Assembly (NCBI GenBank): GCA_040357565.1 | Contig: JBDODJ010000039.1 | Reading direction: 5' to 3' (one strand) | From: Cercozoa sp. M6MM | Lineage: Eukaryota; Protista; Endomyxa: Ascetosporea | DNA length: 64,000 nucleotides | In this document: positions 25,296 to 39,800 of the stretch, piece after piece | Numbering within the stretch: the stretch's first letter is position 1 | How the letters are laid out: the number at the start of each line of letters is the position of its first letter | Translations under genes and position numbers: made by a program | Notes under the pieces: generated by a model | Databases searched by the model: none | What the model was told of the DNA's origin: nothing | What the model saw: the letters and a program-made list of their open reading frames with translations, nothing else

Positions 25296-28200
25296 ATGAC
25301 TGGTGCGTCTGCTCGTTTGGACTTGTGTTTCTTGAACCAGCTTTTCTTTCGCGTAGGTCACGGAGGCGTGCATGTCTCCGAAATCAAGGAGCACAAGTTC
25401 GCGTCCTTCGTGGTATCCCTTAGACACATACAGTACATTCTCTGAGTTCGTCACCAACTTCTTTGTGGGCACACGTTGGTAGGCGCGAAGGCCGTGCACC
25501 GTGATAGGCATTGTTCTTGCCGTCATAATCGCTCTTGGCGGCATCATCGGTGGTGCTGGTTTGGTACTCGCCCTCTCCTATCTAAGCTTTCAGTGTGTTA
25601 AATCGCTGACCCGAGTAGTTCGAGTTCGCTGACTCGACGGACATGATCTTCTGGCTCGACATCAACAGTGGTACCTTTTTCCAACCCGCTCCTGAAACCA
25701 GTTTTCTCTCTAAAATTAAAATTTTTGCATTGCCAAATGATAGTTTGGACGCAGCGACAGCTCTCGGTCGAGTACGCGCAAACAGAGGCGTCGGCGACGG
25801 CGTCCAAGGAGCGATCGAACCTGCGTGTGCAGCCCGAAAGTCGCTGGGACCTCCTGTTCATGTACCGCGACACCGAATACGACGCCGCCAACCCGTCCAA
25901 GTCGACGCTTCTGTAGGCTTTCCCCATCTGCCTTGCTTCTGTTATACCTCACCCTTTTGTAGCACACCGGAGAAACTCAAGGTCATTCTTGACTTTGAGA
26001 AAAAGGTACAACGCCCTCACTACTCTAAATGACCGAGAGTACTACTTTCCTTCGTCTGTGTAGACCAACGCCGCCTCTGAGATGCAGACTTTCTGCTTTG
26101 CCGGTGCCTTGTCTCCCTTGTTTTCTTTACTTCCTGTGGTCTTGGATCACTTTCTTTTGTACCTGGCAGGAAACCACACGGACGGCACGTGCGCCAAGGC
26201 GGAGGAACTCTGTGACACGACGAGTTTCGCTTCGTGTCTCGACAGTGTGCATTACCTGTCCTTTGTCGACTACCTGGATCGACATGGTATGCTCAACGAC
26301 CAAGGTACGTCTCCACCTTTTGTTTCCGCTGTCACTTTAATGCTTTACCCTTGTCATGTAGCTGCAATTGACAACTTCGTCGCTAACAACAAGGAAGAAG
26401 TTGCACTCTTCATGGATAACCACTGGGTAGTCATTCCCCTCGTACCTCACTCCTTGTGTTACCTCTACCTCCCTTGTTTGTTAGGCCGACAACGCGCCTC
26501 GCTCGGGCTACCTGCGCTCGTTTTTCAAGTTCGGCGGGCCCATTAGCTCAGATTACAAGTCGATCGACGACGATTTTGACGCGCAGAGCGATGAGTTCAT
26601 CGAGTGGATGAAAGACTTCATGGTTGACGTCAAGAATGACATCTACCAGAGCACTGACGGCATGGAGATCATCGTGTTCGGCATGGATGCCAACACTGGT
26701 ACACTAGTCTTTATTATCCTTGTAACTGCAGCTGTACTGAACACCTACCCCCCCCCCCCGCCCCCCGCTCTCCCAGCTCTGTCGGGCATTGTCGGTCAAC
26801 AGCAGTTCATGTGGGCCTTTGGATCGATGGCGTTTGTGCTGTGCTACATCTGGTTCCACACGGGCAGTCTCATGCTGGCCGCATGCGGCATGGGAGAGGT
26901 CGTTTTGGCGCTGCCATTGGCCTTCTTCTTCTTCCGATGCATCCTGTTGGTGACGTACTTTGAGACACTCCACATGCTGAGCATGTTCGTCGTGCTTGGG
27001 TAGATGCCACTGTTTTTTTACCTTGCACGATGCCTGCTTGAGGCCCTCGTTTGTGTAGTATCTCAGCCGACAACTTCTTTTTGATTACGGACATGTGGCG
27101 CCAGTCGGCACGAATCGAGGCCTTCCTAGACACGGAGTTTGTCACCGACTCGGAACGGGCCAACCAGAGTGACGAGAAGATGCACCGACTCGCTATGGTA
27201 CACTCTCTGAGTAACACTTTCTGTGGCCGAACATCACCCCTCTCCCAACAGCGAACGTCGTTCGTGTGGCGTCGAAGTGTGCGAGCCATTGCGGCCACAA
27301 CGATGACGACGGTGATGGCTTTCATTGCCACGGGCACATCTGAGATCACGCCGATTTCATCGCTTGGTATCTCAGTCTGCTTGCCTTTACTCCCCGAGTA
27401 TTTACCCCTGCCCCCCCCCACGACCTGTGTAGGCTTCTTTGCGTCAATGTTCATCTTCGCGAACTTTTTGCTGTGCATGACGTTCTTCTTTGGCGTGCTG
27501 CTGTTCTGGCACAAACACCTTCGTCGCTGGCGCTTCCTGGTGTTTGCGCTGCGCGAGCAGAGTCCCGACACGCTCGCTGCTGGCGAGAAACCGATTCCTG
27601 TCGTCGGTCAGGAGGGCAAGGTAGCATCATTTCCGCTCCTGTATGTTACCGCCTGTGTTATCTCCTGTGTGAAGACACCGAGTTCGACAACGTCAGGATC
27701 CATGAGTGACGAGGAGAGTCCGAACGATCGTGAGGCAGGCGGTGCCGTTGAAGGTGGCCGGCCGATCGAGAAGTTCTTCCGCGGACCCTTTTTTGAGTTC
27801 GTATACAAGTGCCGCTACGGTCTCATTGTCGTCTTCCTGGCCTGGTTTGTCGCGAGCATTGTGCTGACTACCGGTACTTCTTGCCTTAGCCCTTTACCTC
27901 TGAGCCTTAGCTCTTTACCCCTGACCATTTACCCAGGAATCAAGGAAGTGACCGAGCAGGAGCAGTTCTACCCGGTACGGCTTGTTTCTCTTGTATGCTG
28001 TACCAGCTGTATTGACTTTAAATGCAATTTGACTGGACAGGATGACCACTTCCTGACCAAGATGACGCACTGGCCGCGCGAACACTTTGGTCTTGGTGCC
28101 AATGCCGGCTTTATGGTGGTCCAGTTCGTGTACGGTCTCGACGAGGAGGTCGAGCGCAGCGGCATCTCGCGCTGGTAGGCGACTGAAACTATTGCGCACA

Positions 28201-29845
28201 GCGCTGTCATCCTGTTGCACCCGTATGTGAACAGGAAGCCACAGGAGGACGGCACGCCAAAGTTCCTGAAGACCTTCAATCCCAAGACTCCGGCGGCCCA
28301 GGCGTTCATGATCCAGAGTTGCGACATGATTGCCAACAACGAGCTGATTCAGGTAGCCACAACTTAATCTCTCGTGTGCCTAACATATCGACAAACTGGG
28401 TCTGCGTACAGAACGACCGCGTGCAGTGCTGGCCCAAGGTGTTCCGAGACTTTGTGAACAGTGCGGCCAGTGGCAGCTACGCCGGCACGTCGTTCGGCTC
28501 GCTCAGTGCCTCGCAGTTCAACGAGGCGATGCGCGACTTTGTCAACACGCCGGACGGACGCAAGGAGGTGGACGCCGGGCGACTCGGCGTGTACCCCGAT
28601 GATACGGAGAATGTGCTGCACTGGTACTTTATCGAGAGCGCCATGACGGCGGTTGAAAACATGCCAAAACCGGAGGCGATCAAGACTCGCGGTCAACTTG
28701 AGGACTGGATGACCGAGACCCTCAATCCGGCGGCTCCACCCGAAATGCGCGGTGTCTTCCAGGTCGTGCCGATGTGGTGGCCCTTCATCGTCACACAGGA
28801 GTAGGCTGAGTTTACTCCTCTCACCCCTTCCTTCCCTTTGAATTCCTTTGCTGTCTGTGTTCAGTGCGTTCGTGCGCAACGCTATCAGTGGCATGCTTAT
28901 CTCGGGTGCCTTCTCGTTGGTGGTGATCTTGACGGCCACGGGCAACCTAGTGGCCGGCTTTTTGGCCTTTGGCACCATCGCCGCCGTTGTTGTGTCGGTG
29001 CTGGGCTTCATCCGGGTATCATTTTACCTTTCTTTACCCCCCTCTTCCCATCTCCCCCGCTTGACTTCCCTCCCTGCTTTTCTGCTCGGTAGATTTTTGG
29101 CTGGCCGCTGGGCACGACGGAGAGTGTCGCAGTCGTCGTTGTGATCGTAGCCTTTCAGTTTCCGTTTAACTTTGCTTTGGATGTACGAAAGCCTTGTTTA
29201 CCGCCCTTTCTGTTCCTCGTGCTTTGACAGGGCTTTAGTGTCGACTACACGGTGCACCTGGCGTCGGCCTACGAGGAGAGTTCGAACCCGTCGCGAATCG
29301 GGCGCACGCGCGATGCTTTGTCGCACATGGCGATCTCGCTCGTGGCAGGTACTGTTCCCGTCCATTCATACGGTCCTTGTCCTGGTCCATTTTTACCTGA
29401 TTCTTTTTGTTTAAAGGCTGCATCACAACGGCGGGCTCGGCCCTTTTCTTGATGTTTGCCGAGATGGTGTTTTTCTTCCGATTCGGTGTGCTCATGATGT
29501 TGACGGTCTTCCTGTCTATGTACTCTCCCCCCATGTCGCCCCTGCCCTTGTTCTGGATACAACTTGTGTACGAGCAGTCTGTGGTGCCTGCTGTTCTTTG
29601 TGCCGATGCTGGCGTGCTTCGGACCCGAAGGAGAGAACTGGCAGATCCGCAACATGTTCCTGTACTCGCCCTTCCCGCAGATTCTTGGCGAGAAGAGGTC
29701 ACAGGTAACACACACACTCTCTCTCACATACGTACTGGCATGCACATCTAACATTCGATTCATTGTCTGAGTTACTGTATTTGCAATCATGTGGCAGAAA
29801 TTGGCCGGAAAAGGTGAGTCCGACGTCGCAATTGAGCTCGATTGA
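25296..29845 (+). CDS. Dispatched/Patched-like RND-family sterol-sensing-domain transporter
   Basis: ~20 introns; two TM clusters with LGISADNFF (TM4) and GFSVDYTVH (TM10), plus AIAATTMTT and GCITTAGSALFL; large lumenal loops. Confidence 0.88.
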
Positions 29846-29953
29846 TTTATAGTTCTTCCCGTCGTCTCTGGTTGAAGTTACCGTACTGAATTAAAATTAA
29901 AGTCGATTCGCGCAGATGTGGTGCGGCAAATAAGTAAAGCTTGAAATAGAAAG

Positions 29954-31092
29954 TCAAATATCGAGGTCGGCATCAGCGACGAGAGCGTCGTCGTTGTCGC
30001 TGACGTCACCAGCGGCGTCGTCGAAACCGAGTGCTTCGAACTCGTCCTCCGAGTCCTCTTGCTCGCCTGCAATGGCAGAATAAACACTAAACGATAGGGG
30101 CGGGGTGAAGGGCTCATACCAAGTGCGCCCCCGCGTCGCTGGAAGGCGAGGGTGACGGCATTTTTGGCGGCGCGTTCGGCATCGGTGAGTGACATGGCAA
30201 AACTCGCATTTGGCAGTGTCTGATCGGTTTCCTGTCTCACCTGCTTGTGCACAAACACACGCAAAGGCTCGAACTGCAGCGACTCCTGCTGCCGCACGAC
30301 GCGTCCGTTCGTGCGTCGCTGTACGCAGTGCAGGCCCAGCGCTTCTCCTACAAGGGCGGGTAGGGAGTGCTAAAAGAGGGTGGGGGTAAAACCTTCGTCA
30401 GCCACGTTGAGCACGAAATCGAACGAATCCAGACGCCGCAAATCTCGCGCCGTGTTGGCCAGAGCGCACACGGAACTGAAGTCTTCCAGATGGTGCGCCT
30501 GCTGTCTCGACACTAGTCGTTCCAACGCGTCCACCAGCAACACGTCTACCGTGCGGGGGGGGGGGGGGAAAAAGGGTAATAGCTAAGGGATAAGGGATAA
30601 AGGAGATAAAGAGTACCGAATTCGATGTCGTTGAGTGTGTCGAACAGGGTGTCAGGTGAGCAGACTGTAACGTTGGGATACGCGCGGAAGGCAAGTGTCT
30701 CTCCGCGCGGATGTGACAAGGTGTCCACCACTTTCACACGGTCCTGCTTGACTCCTGCATGCAAGGTGGGGTGAAATGGGAGTGGGTGAGGGCGGGGGGT
30801 AAAACAAACCCATGTGCGCCCACATGTCGCCGTCGAAGCGCAGGGCGACAATGCACACCTTGCACTTCTTAGCAAACACTTTGCGCACCAAGTGCGAAAA
30901 CACATCGACGCCGCTGCGACAGTTCTCGCGCGTTTTGGACTGTCGTTTCATCACGCGCGCCAATTCATCGTCCTTCTACGTCACCAACACTCCACCTACC
31001 CCGCATCACCGACCCAAGATACAACCCACCACCAACACACTTGCTTTGCCTGACGCGAGTCGCGCAGATGCCTTTTGAAACAGTGAAGCCAT
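29954..31092 (-). CDS. Elongator subunit ELP5-like
   Basis: RecA-like remnants (LLVDALERL) and C-terminal SFAMSLTDAERAAKNAVTLAF...EDEFE...DADLDI*, typical of ELP5. Confidence 0.6.
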
Positions 31093-31245
31093 CTTTGTGC
31101 TAAACCTTGTGCCGAATGAAGCCCACACAATGTCTAATTTCACGGATCTGCGCGAGAATTTCGCTCATTTAGCACTTAGGCGCAGAATTTTCAGAAGCGC
31201 TCGACTAGAGTCCAGCGTGCTGTGTGACGTGTGCAGACGTGTGTG

Positions 31246-33150
31246 ATGGATTCATGGAATTCACTAAGTGTGCCGGCAGCGCGCGCGGCTAATCGACACC
31301 TAGCTTGCGACTTGATTGGAGATGCCGCTGTGTTGCTCAAGGTGCCAAACGCTCCTGTTGCAGATTTGACGCTTAAAAGCCTGTGTTCCAGTTGCCACGA
31401 CGCGTCGCGTTGACAGCGCAGACGTTGTTGTTCAAATTCACAGACGCAATCGTACCGAAAATTGAGTTGTCAAAGTGGGTTGATCTGATGTGTTTCTTGC
31501 AGGAAGCGTCGGGCAAAACGCAACCGCACGTGTTTTTTGTCGCCGCAGCGTGCATGTACTTGGCCACCAAGAGGTACATACGTGTGCATCGGAGTCACGG
31601 GGGGGGGGTAAATAGGGGGGTTAAACTCTAGTGAGGAGCGAGCGCGCCGTGTCACATCAATTTTCACGGTGTTTGACTACCTGCTGAAACGCATGCTGGC
31701 CGAGCAGGTACTGTCAGTGTCTAGTGCACAGTATCTAGTACACAGTGTCTAGTATACGGTGTCTAGTACACATAGTGTCTAGCACATGAACAACCTTGTT
31801 GTGTGTGCAGGGCAAGATGAGTGTGTCGATGATGGAGCCATGTGACACCGAGTGCGCCGAGTACCGTCGCTGGTGCGCCGAGTTGGCCGCGCTGGAGCGT
31901 CGGATTCTCGCCTATGTACAGTCATGTTTTCCTGTATTTGTGGGCAAGCTTCCGCGCGGACTGGTGACCGGTGTGCAGTCGGGCTTTGTGGTGGAGTTCT
32001 CGCACTCGTGCGACCTGGTGCCGCACATGCTGCGCGTGCTGTCGCTGCGTTCGCAGTCACAGCTCTGTCAGATGGCGTGGTAGGCTTTACCCCCCTTTAC
32101 CCCCCTTTACTCCCCTTTACCCCCCTTTACTCCCCTTTACTTTTACCCGTTTACCTTGCGACTTCTCACGTTTTGNNNNNNNNNNNNNNNNNNNNNNNNN
32201 NNNNNNNNNNNNNNNNNNNNNNNNNNNNNNNNNNNNNNNNNNNNNNNNNNNNNNNNNNNNNNNNNNNNNNNNNNNCCCCCCCCCCCCCAATGCAGGCGAT
32301 GACAAGCCCGAGTACTTTGCGGTGGCTGCGGTGGAACTGGCGGCACGTCGTCTCATGCTTGTAAGTTGCACACTTAAGAACCCATTAGTGAACCCGATTA
32401 GTGTGGTACAACTGTACCCCTGTGTAGTGTACATGTGTATGACAACACTCTTAATTGTAGCCACTGCCGGCACGGTGGCAGCAGTTGTTCGACGTGCCAC
32501 CGGCGGCCTGCGAGAGTGCCATGGCCGCCTTGTGTCGCGTGCTGGCACTGCCGCGTGCTCCCGGCTTTTTGACCATCGCTGGACGGCCTGGTAGATTCTT
32601 TTACCTCCTGTAGTCTCCTTATAGGTTCCCCGCTTACGTTCCCTGCCTGCAGAAGAGTCGCACAAGGGCATGTCGGAACATGAGACACTGACGCCGCTGC
32701 CGCCGGCTTTTGGCATCCACCGACTGCCGCCGACGCCGCAGCAGCGTCTCATGCGCCAGCAGCGCGAACAGCGACGCCGGCAGCAACAAGTAAGTCAACT
32801 CCAAGCAAGTCAACTCCCCTCATGCCAACGAACGCATAATTCATCACTTTTTGGCCGCAGAAACCCACGGAGAAACCCACGGACAGTCCAGATGTCGAAA
32901 TTCTCGAGGAAAAACGAGAAACTTCACCACAGCAGTCTGCTACCTCTGAAAAGGCACATTTGGCAACTGTGGGCTCTGTTTTTTTGACACCCAGTTGTTT
33001 TTATTCTCGCAGCCCACGTCCGATCATCGTGATCGTGATCGTCGTGACTCTGATCGTGACTCTGATCGTGGCCGCCGAGAACGTCGTCGCTATCGCAGTA
33101 ATCGCTCACGCAGTCGCTCACGATCGCGCAGTCGTCACAGACGTCGCTGA
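31246..33150 (+). CDS. Cyclin L-like (cyclin box plus RS-rich tail)
   Basis: LPRRVALTAQTLLFKF, VAAACMYLATKSEE, LERRILA..GFVV, LCQMAW; C-terminal RSRSRSRSR; spans gap 32176-32275. Confidence 0.8.
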
Positions 33151-33516
33151 ACAGATGTTACTTATGTTGGATGATCCGGTCACACGAGAAAAGCGATCGT
33201 TTGATCGTTTCAGTATTGGGATCTAGTTACTCGCTTTAAACAGTCAGCGAGTTGTGTGTTGTCATTCGTGAAAGTTTTATTTGACGAGTACACTTGTCTA
33301 GCTCCACTTCGGACATAAATAGTGAAAAACGTGTTTGCCCAGAGCCAGAATTTTGCTCTTGGAGACAGATACGGCAGATACCGTGCGTACGCTGTCACAA
33401 CGGGACTGGCACATTGCTGCGTACGTTTATGAGCCTTTTCTTTGAGGCATGGAGTTTGTGATTTTTGGGTTTTCTGTTGTTGCGTACAGGGGTCTCGGTC
33501 GTCCACCTCGTACGAC

Positions 33517-36500
33517 ATGGACAATGTGCAGTTCCTGCTGCAGGATAACGGCGGAGACGACGAAGAACAGGTCAACGACGATCAGGTATCCACCCGCCCC
33601 AAACACGCTAGTTTTTGATGTTTGCTCTTGTGCGGTTAAAAACAGGTGAAGGAACTTGTGGTTGTGGTGATACCATCACTGATCACGACAGTGGTTGCCT
33701 TTGTGCTGTATTACATTCTGGTATCTCTGCTGAAACACAACTCTCAAATTAAACAAACTTTACTCCACAAATATCTTTTTGACAGAAACGAAGAAAGTCG
33801 CTATGGCCAGTCTACTACTCGCGTTGGGTAGAATGTTTCGTTGCCGCTTTTATGTGGGCTCTACATTGTACACTTTGCAGGAACTCTTCTTGCAACGCAC
33901 GCAAGCTGAAGGTGTCTCAGTCAGCTCGTCTGATGAAAGCCGTCAAATTGAAGAAGCTCGCCCTGAGGTTATTGCTGTGTTTTGCCGTATTTTAATATTG
34001 CGAAGTGTTTGCAGGCTGCTGGAATCGATGAGGAAAGTGCACAAGTCTCACGCGAAGTGGAGCAAGTGTTTCCGCCCGTAACTGACGAATACGCTAGACC
34101 ACCTTCAGTCATGCGCATGTTCCGTCTGGCTTTCTTCTCGTATGATCTCTTGCGTATTAAATTCTGATCTAAAAATGAGTTTTAGCTTTATGTTTGAGGG
34201 TCCTGTATCAGACTGGCGAAACTGGTGTACGGACCAGTCGTGTTGAGTCGACAGTACGTCCACTGGGTCTACCAGCAGCGCGAACTGAACGAAGATGACC
34301 CGGGCGACCAGACCGAGATCGAGCTGCAGGATGACCCGCGAATGGACTACAATTCCGAAAGACGTCGCCCCGAAATTGGTCGGCATGTTGGCCACATTAC
34401 GTAGTGCAAGCTTTACTCTTTTATTGAACTGTCACGTCTTACCCTTATTTATTTTCTTGTGCCAACAGACAAAACCGCTTCGTACAGCGCGTGCTACAAA
34501 AAGCGCGCGTCGAAGCCAATCGCGGCATTGCGTTTCCTTCGATTGGATTGGTATCATCTAGCGACCCTGTGACCTGTGTAGCCACCTGTTCTCTTGTTTT
34601 GTAGGATGGTGCAGCTATGCTGCACTTTTTGAAATTTGCGCTAATCCTGTCGTTGGCGTTGCTCCTGATCAACTTGATTGTTTTGCTGCCGACCTACGTG
34701 ACTGGTAGTCGTTCTTTTACACTGCTTTACTTCTTGGCTGTCTTACCCTTAGTCCCTTTTCCGTTTCCCACTTGCCTTGTTTCCTTTACCATCCCTCAGA
34801 CGGAGAAGACGAGACAGGCGACTTGGACAAACTCTCGATACTGCATGTTGTTGACGACAATGGACGGTGCTCTTTTCCATTTGTTTCTGCTTCGTGTGTC
34901 GTCAAATAAACGATACGTTTTTGCAGCTGGTGGGCTTTCGCTCTCGCTGCACTGGTCGTCGTTGTGCTCGTATTATCTCCCTTGCAGTCTACCGAGATAG
35001 CTCTGCATGGTTGTGCTTCCAGGGATGTATCGGACTGCGGAGTTTCTGGAAGGGCTACTTGCAACTACAGGAGGTGTGGATGGCACGCAAGCTGCAAGGT
35101 CGCGATGGTCCGGTCACGGGACAGGACTACGAGGCGCTCTTGTCGACTGTACCTTTCTGTGTGTGTACCTCGATTCTGCTTGTCTGTTTGCACACCTGTA
35201 TTGACAGCGAGTCGCTCTGATTCGCGGAATTCCGTCGCATTTGCGTTCTGAGGACGCTTTGCGTTCCTTCCTTTACGAGGTACTTTTTTTAGAAGGTCTT
35301 GAGCATAACACTTTGCAAGTGCGTGTAGTGCGTCCCATGGGCGGCGGAACAGAATCGTGTGGAACACATCGTCTTACTGCACAGTCACAATGACATTCAG
35401 TACTGACAGTCTTTGCTTTACTCCTTTCCCTTTGTTTTAACATACATACATACATATATATGTATATATATAAAGAGATATATACATGAGAGTAATTTTC
35501 AGAGACAAGGTCGAAACCGTGCAAAAGTCGAGCGAAAGCGTGCTGAAAAAAGTGCAGAAACATAATCAAAAAAGCGACAAGAAACTGCGCAAAGGTTTGT
35601 GATGCTGGAGTTCTTACTGGTGTTGTCTGATGTGAAAATTTGTACAGGCAAGTGCACGGAAGGAGAGCTGCGCGAGGAAAATAATGAGTTCCAAGCGACT
35701 GAGGTACAGCACGGTTTTGTTGTTTGCTTTGCCTTCTTTTCAAAGTGGGTCTGTTCCTTCCAGGTGCGTCCTCTGCTCGCCGAACTGTCAGCTCAAGTCG
35801 ACGAATTGCGTAATTTCTGCCTTTCGTGTGTCTCAATGTCGGTGTGAGTCTTTTGGTTTTTGGTTGGTGATTGCTGCAGGAGCTGCTGTGGAAAACGAGC
35901 GAGAAACGCCGGATTCCAACACGGCTGCCGTGATCTGTTCTGACATGGCCACAGCGACGGCACTTGGACACGCTTGGTTGACTCGTGACACTGTAGCCTG
36001 CCTTTCTTCTTTTGAAAATCTTTCATCTACCGTGCTTATTTAGAGAATGCTGCGAATGCATGCCAACGTAGCCGCGCGTACCTCAAAAATACATAAAATC
36101 AACTTTCCCGACTGTATTTCGGGTGTGCAGGCGACGTGGACTGGCAGCAGGTCGACGTGGCTCCAGCAGAAAACGACCGTCAACGACGCAGTTCAACTGT
36201 ACTCTGAAACCATTTGACTAACTTCATTTTTATTTGTGGTGCTTGCGTTGTACAGATCTTGTTTGCGCTCGTTGTGATCCTGTGGACCTTTCCGGTACAA
36301 AAAGAGTTCATTGGAATTAGATATAGTTTGACTCAAGTTTGGTTTGTAAGGTGGCCTTCGTTCTGTCCATCTCGCGATTGGACAAGCTGACGGACACGAT
36401 CGGTTTTTTGGATTTCGTGAATGACCTTCCGTCGGGCGTCCGCGCGGCCATTCAATGTACCGCAGCTGATTGAATGTTTGTTTGTTCTTGTATTTGTCTG

Positions 36501-36645
36501 TGTATGTTCTCGCGCAGCACTGCTGCCGGCGATCGGTCTGGCGGTGTTGTTCTTCATTTTGAAGTCGGTGGTACTGATGCGACTGGCACGTCGTGTGAGT
36601 GCCACTCGGCACCGGCAGTACATGTGGGCAGCCTCGGCTTACACC
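33517..36645 (+). CDS. OSCA/TMEM63 (CSC1-like) channel, 5' part; rest lost at the gap
   Basis: DGAAMLHFLKFALIL..LIVLLPTYVTG, LDKLSILHV, VALIRGIPSHLRSEDALRSF, GDVDWQQV, ILWTFPVAFV match the RSN1_TM/PHM7/7TM pattern. Confidence 0.75.
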
Positions 36646-36814
36646 GTACCGCATGGCACACACACACACGCACACACACACACGCACGCACACACACGCA
36701 CACACACACACACANNNNNNNNNNNNNNNNNNNNNNNNNNNNNNNNNNNNNNNNNNNNNNNNNNNNNNNNNNNNNNNNNNNNNNNNNNNNNNNNNNNNNN
36801 NNNNNNNNNNNNNN

Positions 36815-36855
<41 letters not shown>

Positions 36856-36875
36856 TCAATCCTTGTTCTCTGTAG

Positions 36876-39800
36876 TCGCAAGTTTCGTCAAGTCGCTTTG
36901 CTTTTCTTGCACTCATTGAAACCTTGCAACTGGCGGGTTTCCTTTGTTACTCTGGCTTTGGGTGGAACAAAAGCGAGCGCGACATTGCAAAGATTATTCA
37001 ATACAGCTCAGTGACGACACCGTTCAACTCGGGACACGAATCATGGGTACTTTTCCTTCTTTAATTTAAGTACCGTGCTTGCGAACTCGATGTTGTCCTC
37101 GTAAATTCTACAGCAAGTGAAGATGCGACAAGGCTTCTTCGTTTCGGCGATGCTGATCACGTGTGGCCTCCTTGCTCTCACCTTCGCTGTTACCAGAGCG
37201 TGGTACACGCAGAACTTCCGTCAGGTAAAACGCTCTGACAAAGACTGTCCCAATAACTTTTTCCTCTCGAGCTCGCTTTTGTTTCTCGATTCCCCAGTTA
37301 TGGCTTGCTCGGATGTTACGCTCCGTTGCCTCTGTCGTGATTACCATTGGCTACATTCCGTTACTTGCGACGCTTCTGTTCGGTACGAAATGTGCCGACA
37401 TCGGTGTCGAAAACACTGCGTCCTGCGCCGTTCTCGCAACTGGGACGTCGCTCGTCGTGCTTGGCTTTGTCACGGTCAGTATCGTGTTCACGTCAGCAGT
37501 CTACAACGGCGACATCACCGACGTTTCCGTAAGTCGTTTATTGTTACATTGCCTTTGCTCACGCCAGGTTTTCTCAAAACAACTGAACAGGCACGACTGC
37601 ATTCGAAATGCGAAATCGTTCGAGTCATCGCCCGCACGGTTCTGGTTTTTGCCTTCACTTACGTGAAGACAACGGAAGACGGCTACAAGCTCTTCCAGGA
37701 CGAGGTCAATGTCGTCACGATCCCAAAGGCTGCTGATTGGCTCCTCTGCGTGCTCCTTATTGTGTGCTTCTCGAGCCCGCTCTTGAGTTACACTCGACAC
37801 ATGCCTTACCACGCCCAAACGAGCAATCGCTTTCGTATGATGCAATTCTCGGGTCTGACGGCTGCTGCAGGCATCCTGCTGTTGAACCTCATTTGGATAT
37901 CGACTTCTCCCACTTTCGAGGTCGACGGTGCAACTGTCGTCGTTCCCATGCGCGGAGCAATGCTGATGGCACTCGTATGTGCCGCTCTATGCGCTCTGCT
38001 GGGCCGCATGCTGCACGCTAGTCGACTCAAAACTGTCCGAAACGCAGTCAAATACACGATACATAGCGGAGACATTGAAGGCATCGCTGAGCGACAAACG
38101 CACACGTGGGACGCGTTGTTGCTCGCTCGCGATTTAATCTTGCTGCTTGAAGTGCTGCGAGATGGACGCGCCGAGACGAAACGAGTCGCCGGACTCGAAG
38201 AGACTTTGGAGGTAGCATTCGGCGCTTGTTGGCTTCCAAAACATATTGGAGTTCTATGATAATCTCGTAATTTGAAATATGTTTGCAGTGGATGCGCGCC
38301 ACCAACGTGAGTGTGGAGGTCAGTTGCAGTCTTAAGCTCTCTGCGAGCGCTCTTTCAGAGAATTGTTGTATTTTGCAGAGCCAGGCGGACGAGCTGATGG
38401 CTAAGGTGCCTAGCATTCTCGGAGCATTCGCCTCAAAGTTTCCGGATGACCCGGAGTTTTGTCTCTACCGCGCGGAGTTTGTCCTGCTGTTTGGCGAGTC
38501 GGTCTTCCCGGCTTTGAAGTTCGTGAACAAAGCGGAGCGCCATCAGAAGCTTTCGTTCGATGCAAGGTTTCGAATATTCCGATTGCAGCGACGGGTCGGT
38601 GAGGATGTGGCAGACGACACAATGCTACAGCACATCGAAATTGATCAGGCGATGCGAGATGCACTTGAGTTTGAAACCAAGTCGTACCGGCTGCTCGTGA
38701 GTTTCTGGAATCATCTTAAGTACCCCCGAGGGCAACACGACAAAGTTGTCGAGATTGTCCGAGAAATGTCTGTGACAGTGAAGAAAGCCAAGAACAGTTT
38801 CGAGAAGCTCCTGCAGCTGGGGCACGAGACTCCTGACGTGCTGCGCCGCTTTGCTTTCTTGCAGCAGAACCTACTCGGCAACGACGATAGAGCGATTCAG
38901 CTCCGGGTGCGAGCTTCTGCTTTGCGAGCAACAACGCACTCCAGCAACGAGACAAACAGTGGCGCCGTTGTGATCGTGAGCGAGGCACTCGATGAATGCA
39001 AACTTAACATCCAGGCACGCTCTCTCCTACGAGGCGGAGTTGGTTAGTTTTTTCATTTCAGAGAGTGTTGATGACACTTTTAATGCTCCACTTTGATGTA
39101 GGGCGCAACACAATGAGCGAAGGTCCTGCCTGGGAGCCGCTCGGAACTTTCATGACGCGACCCGTGCTCGAATTGCTCAAGGAGCAAATCGGAGTTTTCA
39201 TGGAGTTCGGCCATTTGCAGCAAATGACGACTCCCAGGTTCGTTGACGTTCTTTCTGCTCTTGTCTTGATAAATAAAACACGCAAAAGTGCTGAAACGAT
39301 GATACATGAGTGGATTCAGATGGATGCCGATGCGAACTCAAGACAGCAACGCGCTGCTCGCGAGAGTTTCCATCTCGCCCATAATCAACTGCGACGATCG
39401 CTCCGGCGTCTTTTTCCTCCTTCAGATCGAAGCCTCTCAGTCAGACAGCCGCAGCACACGTAGCTGATTGTCATTCTTGCACACTTTTCTGAAGTCTTGA
39501 GATTTATGGACTTGTCTCGCAGAGCGCAAGTTCAGTCAGGTTCTGTCGGTACAGTTTCGGTTTTGTTTCACTTTGGGGTTTTTGTACAACACACTGCGCG
39601 CTTAGAAGTCCATGGACGATAGAGAGGATGCTGTCAACGTGATGGTTCCTGCCGGTAGTGGTGATGTCATTGTTTACGGCAAGGACGGAAAGACACTCAA
39701 CTCCAGTGTGTCGCTGCCCGAGTCGCTGGCCACGAAACTGTGGCAAGCTATACCGCAAGCCGAGCATGAAAACACTCGCAACGAGATTCGGCACCCTGCT

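Noticed and set aside
31713-31783. CRISPR-like or array-like repeats (also 47118-47198)
   Set aside because: Tandem units without unique spacers, inside eukaryotic introns, with no cas genes.
32085-32150. Telomeric repeat array
   Set aside because: Irregular C-rich 10-mers inside an intron with genes continuing on both sides; treated under intronic C-tracts.
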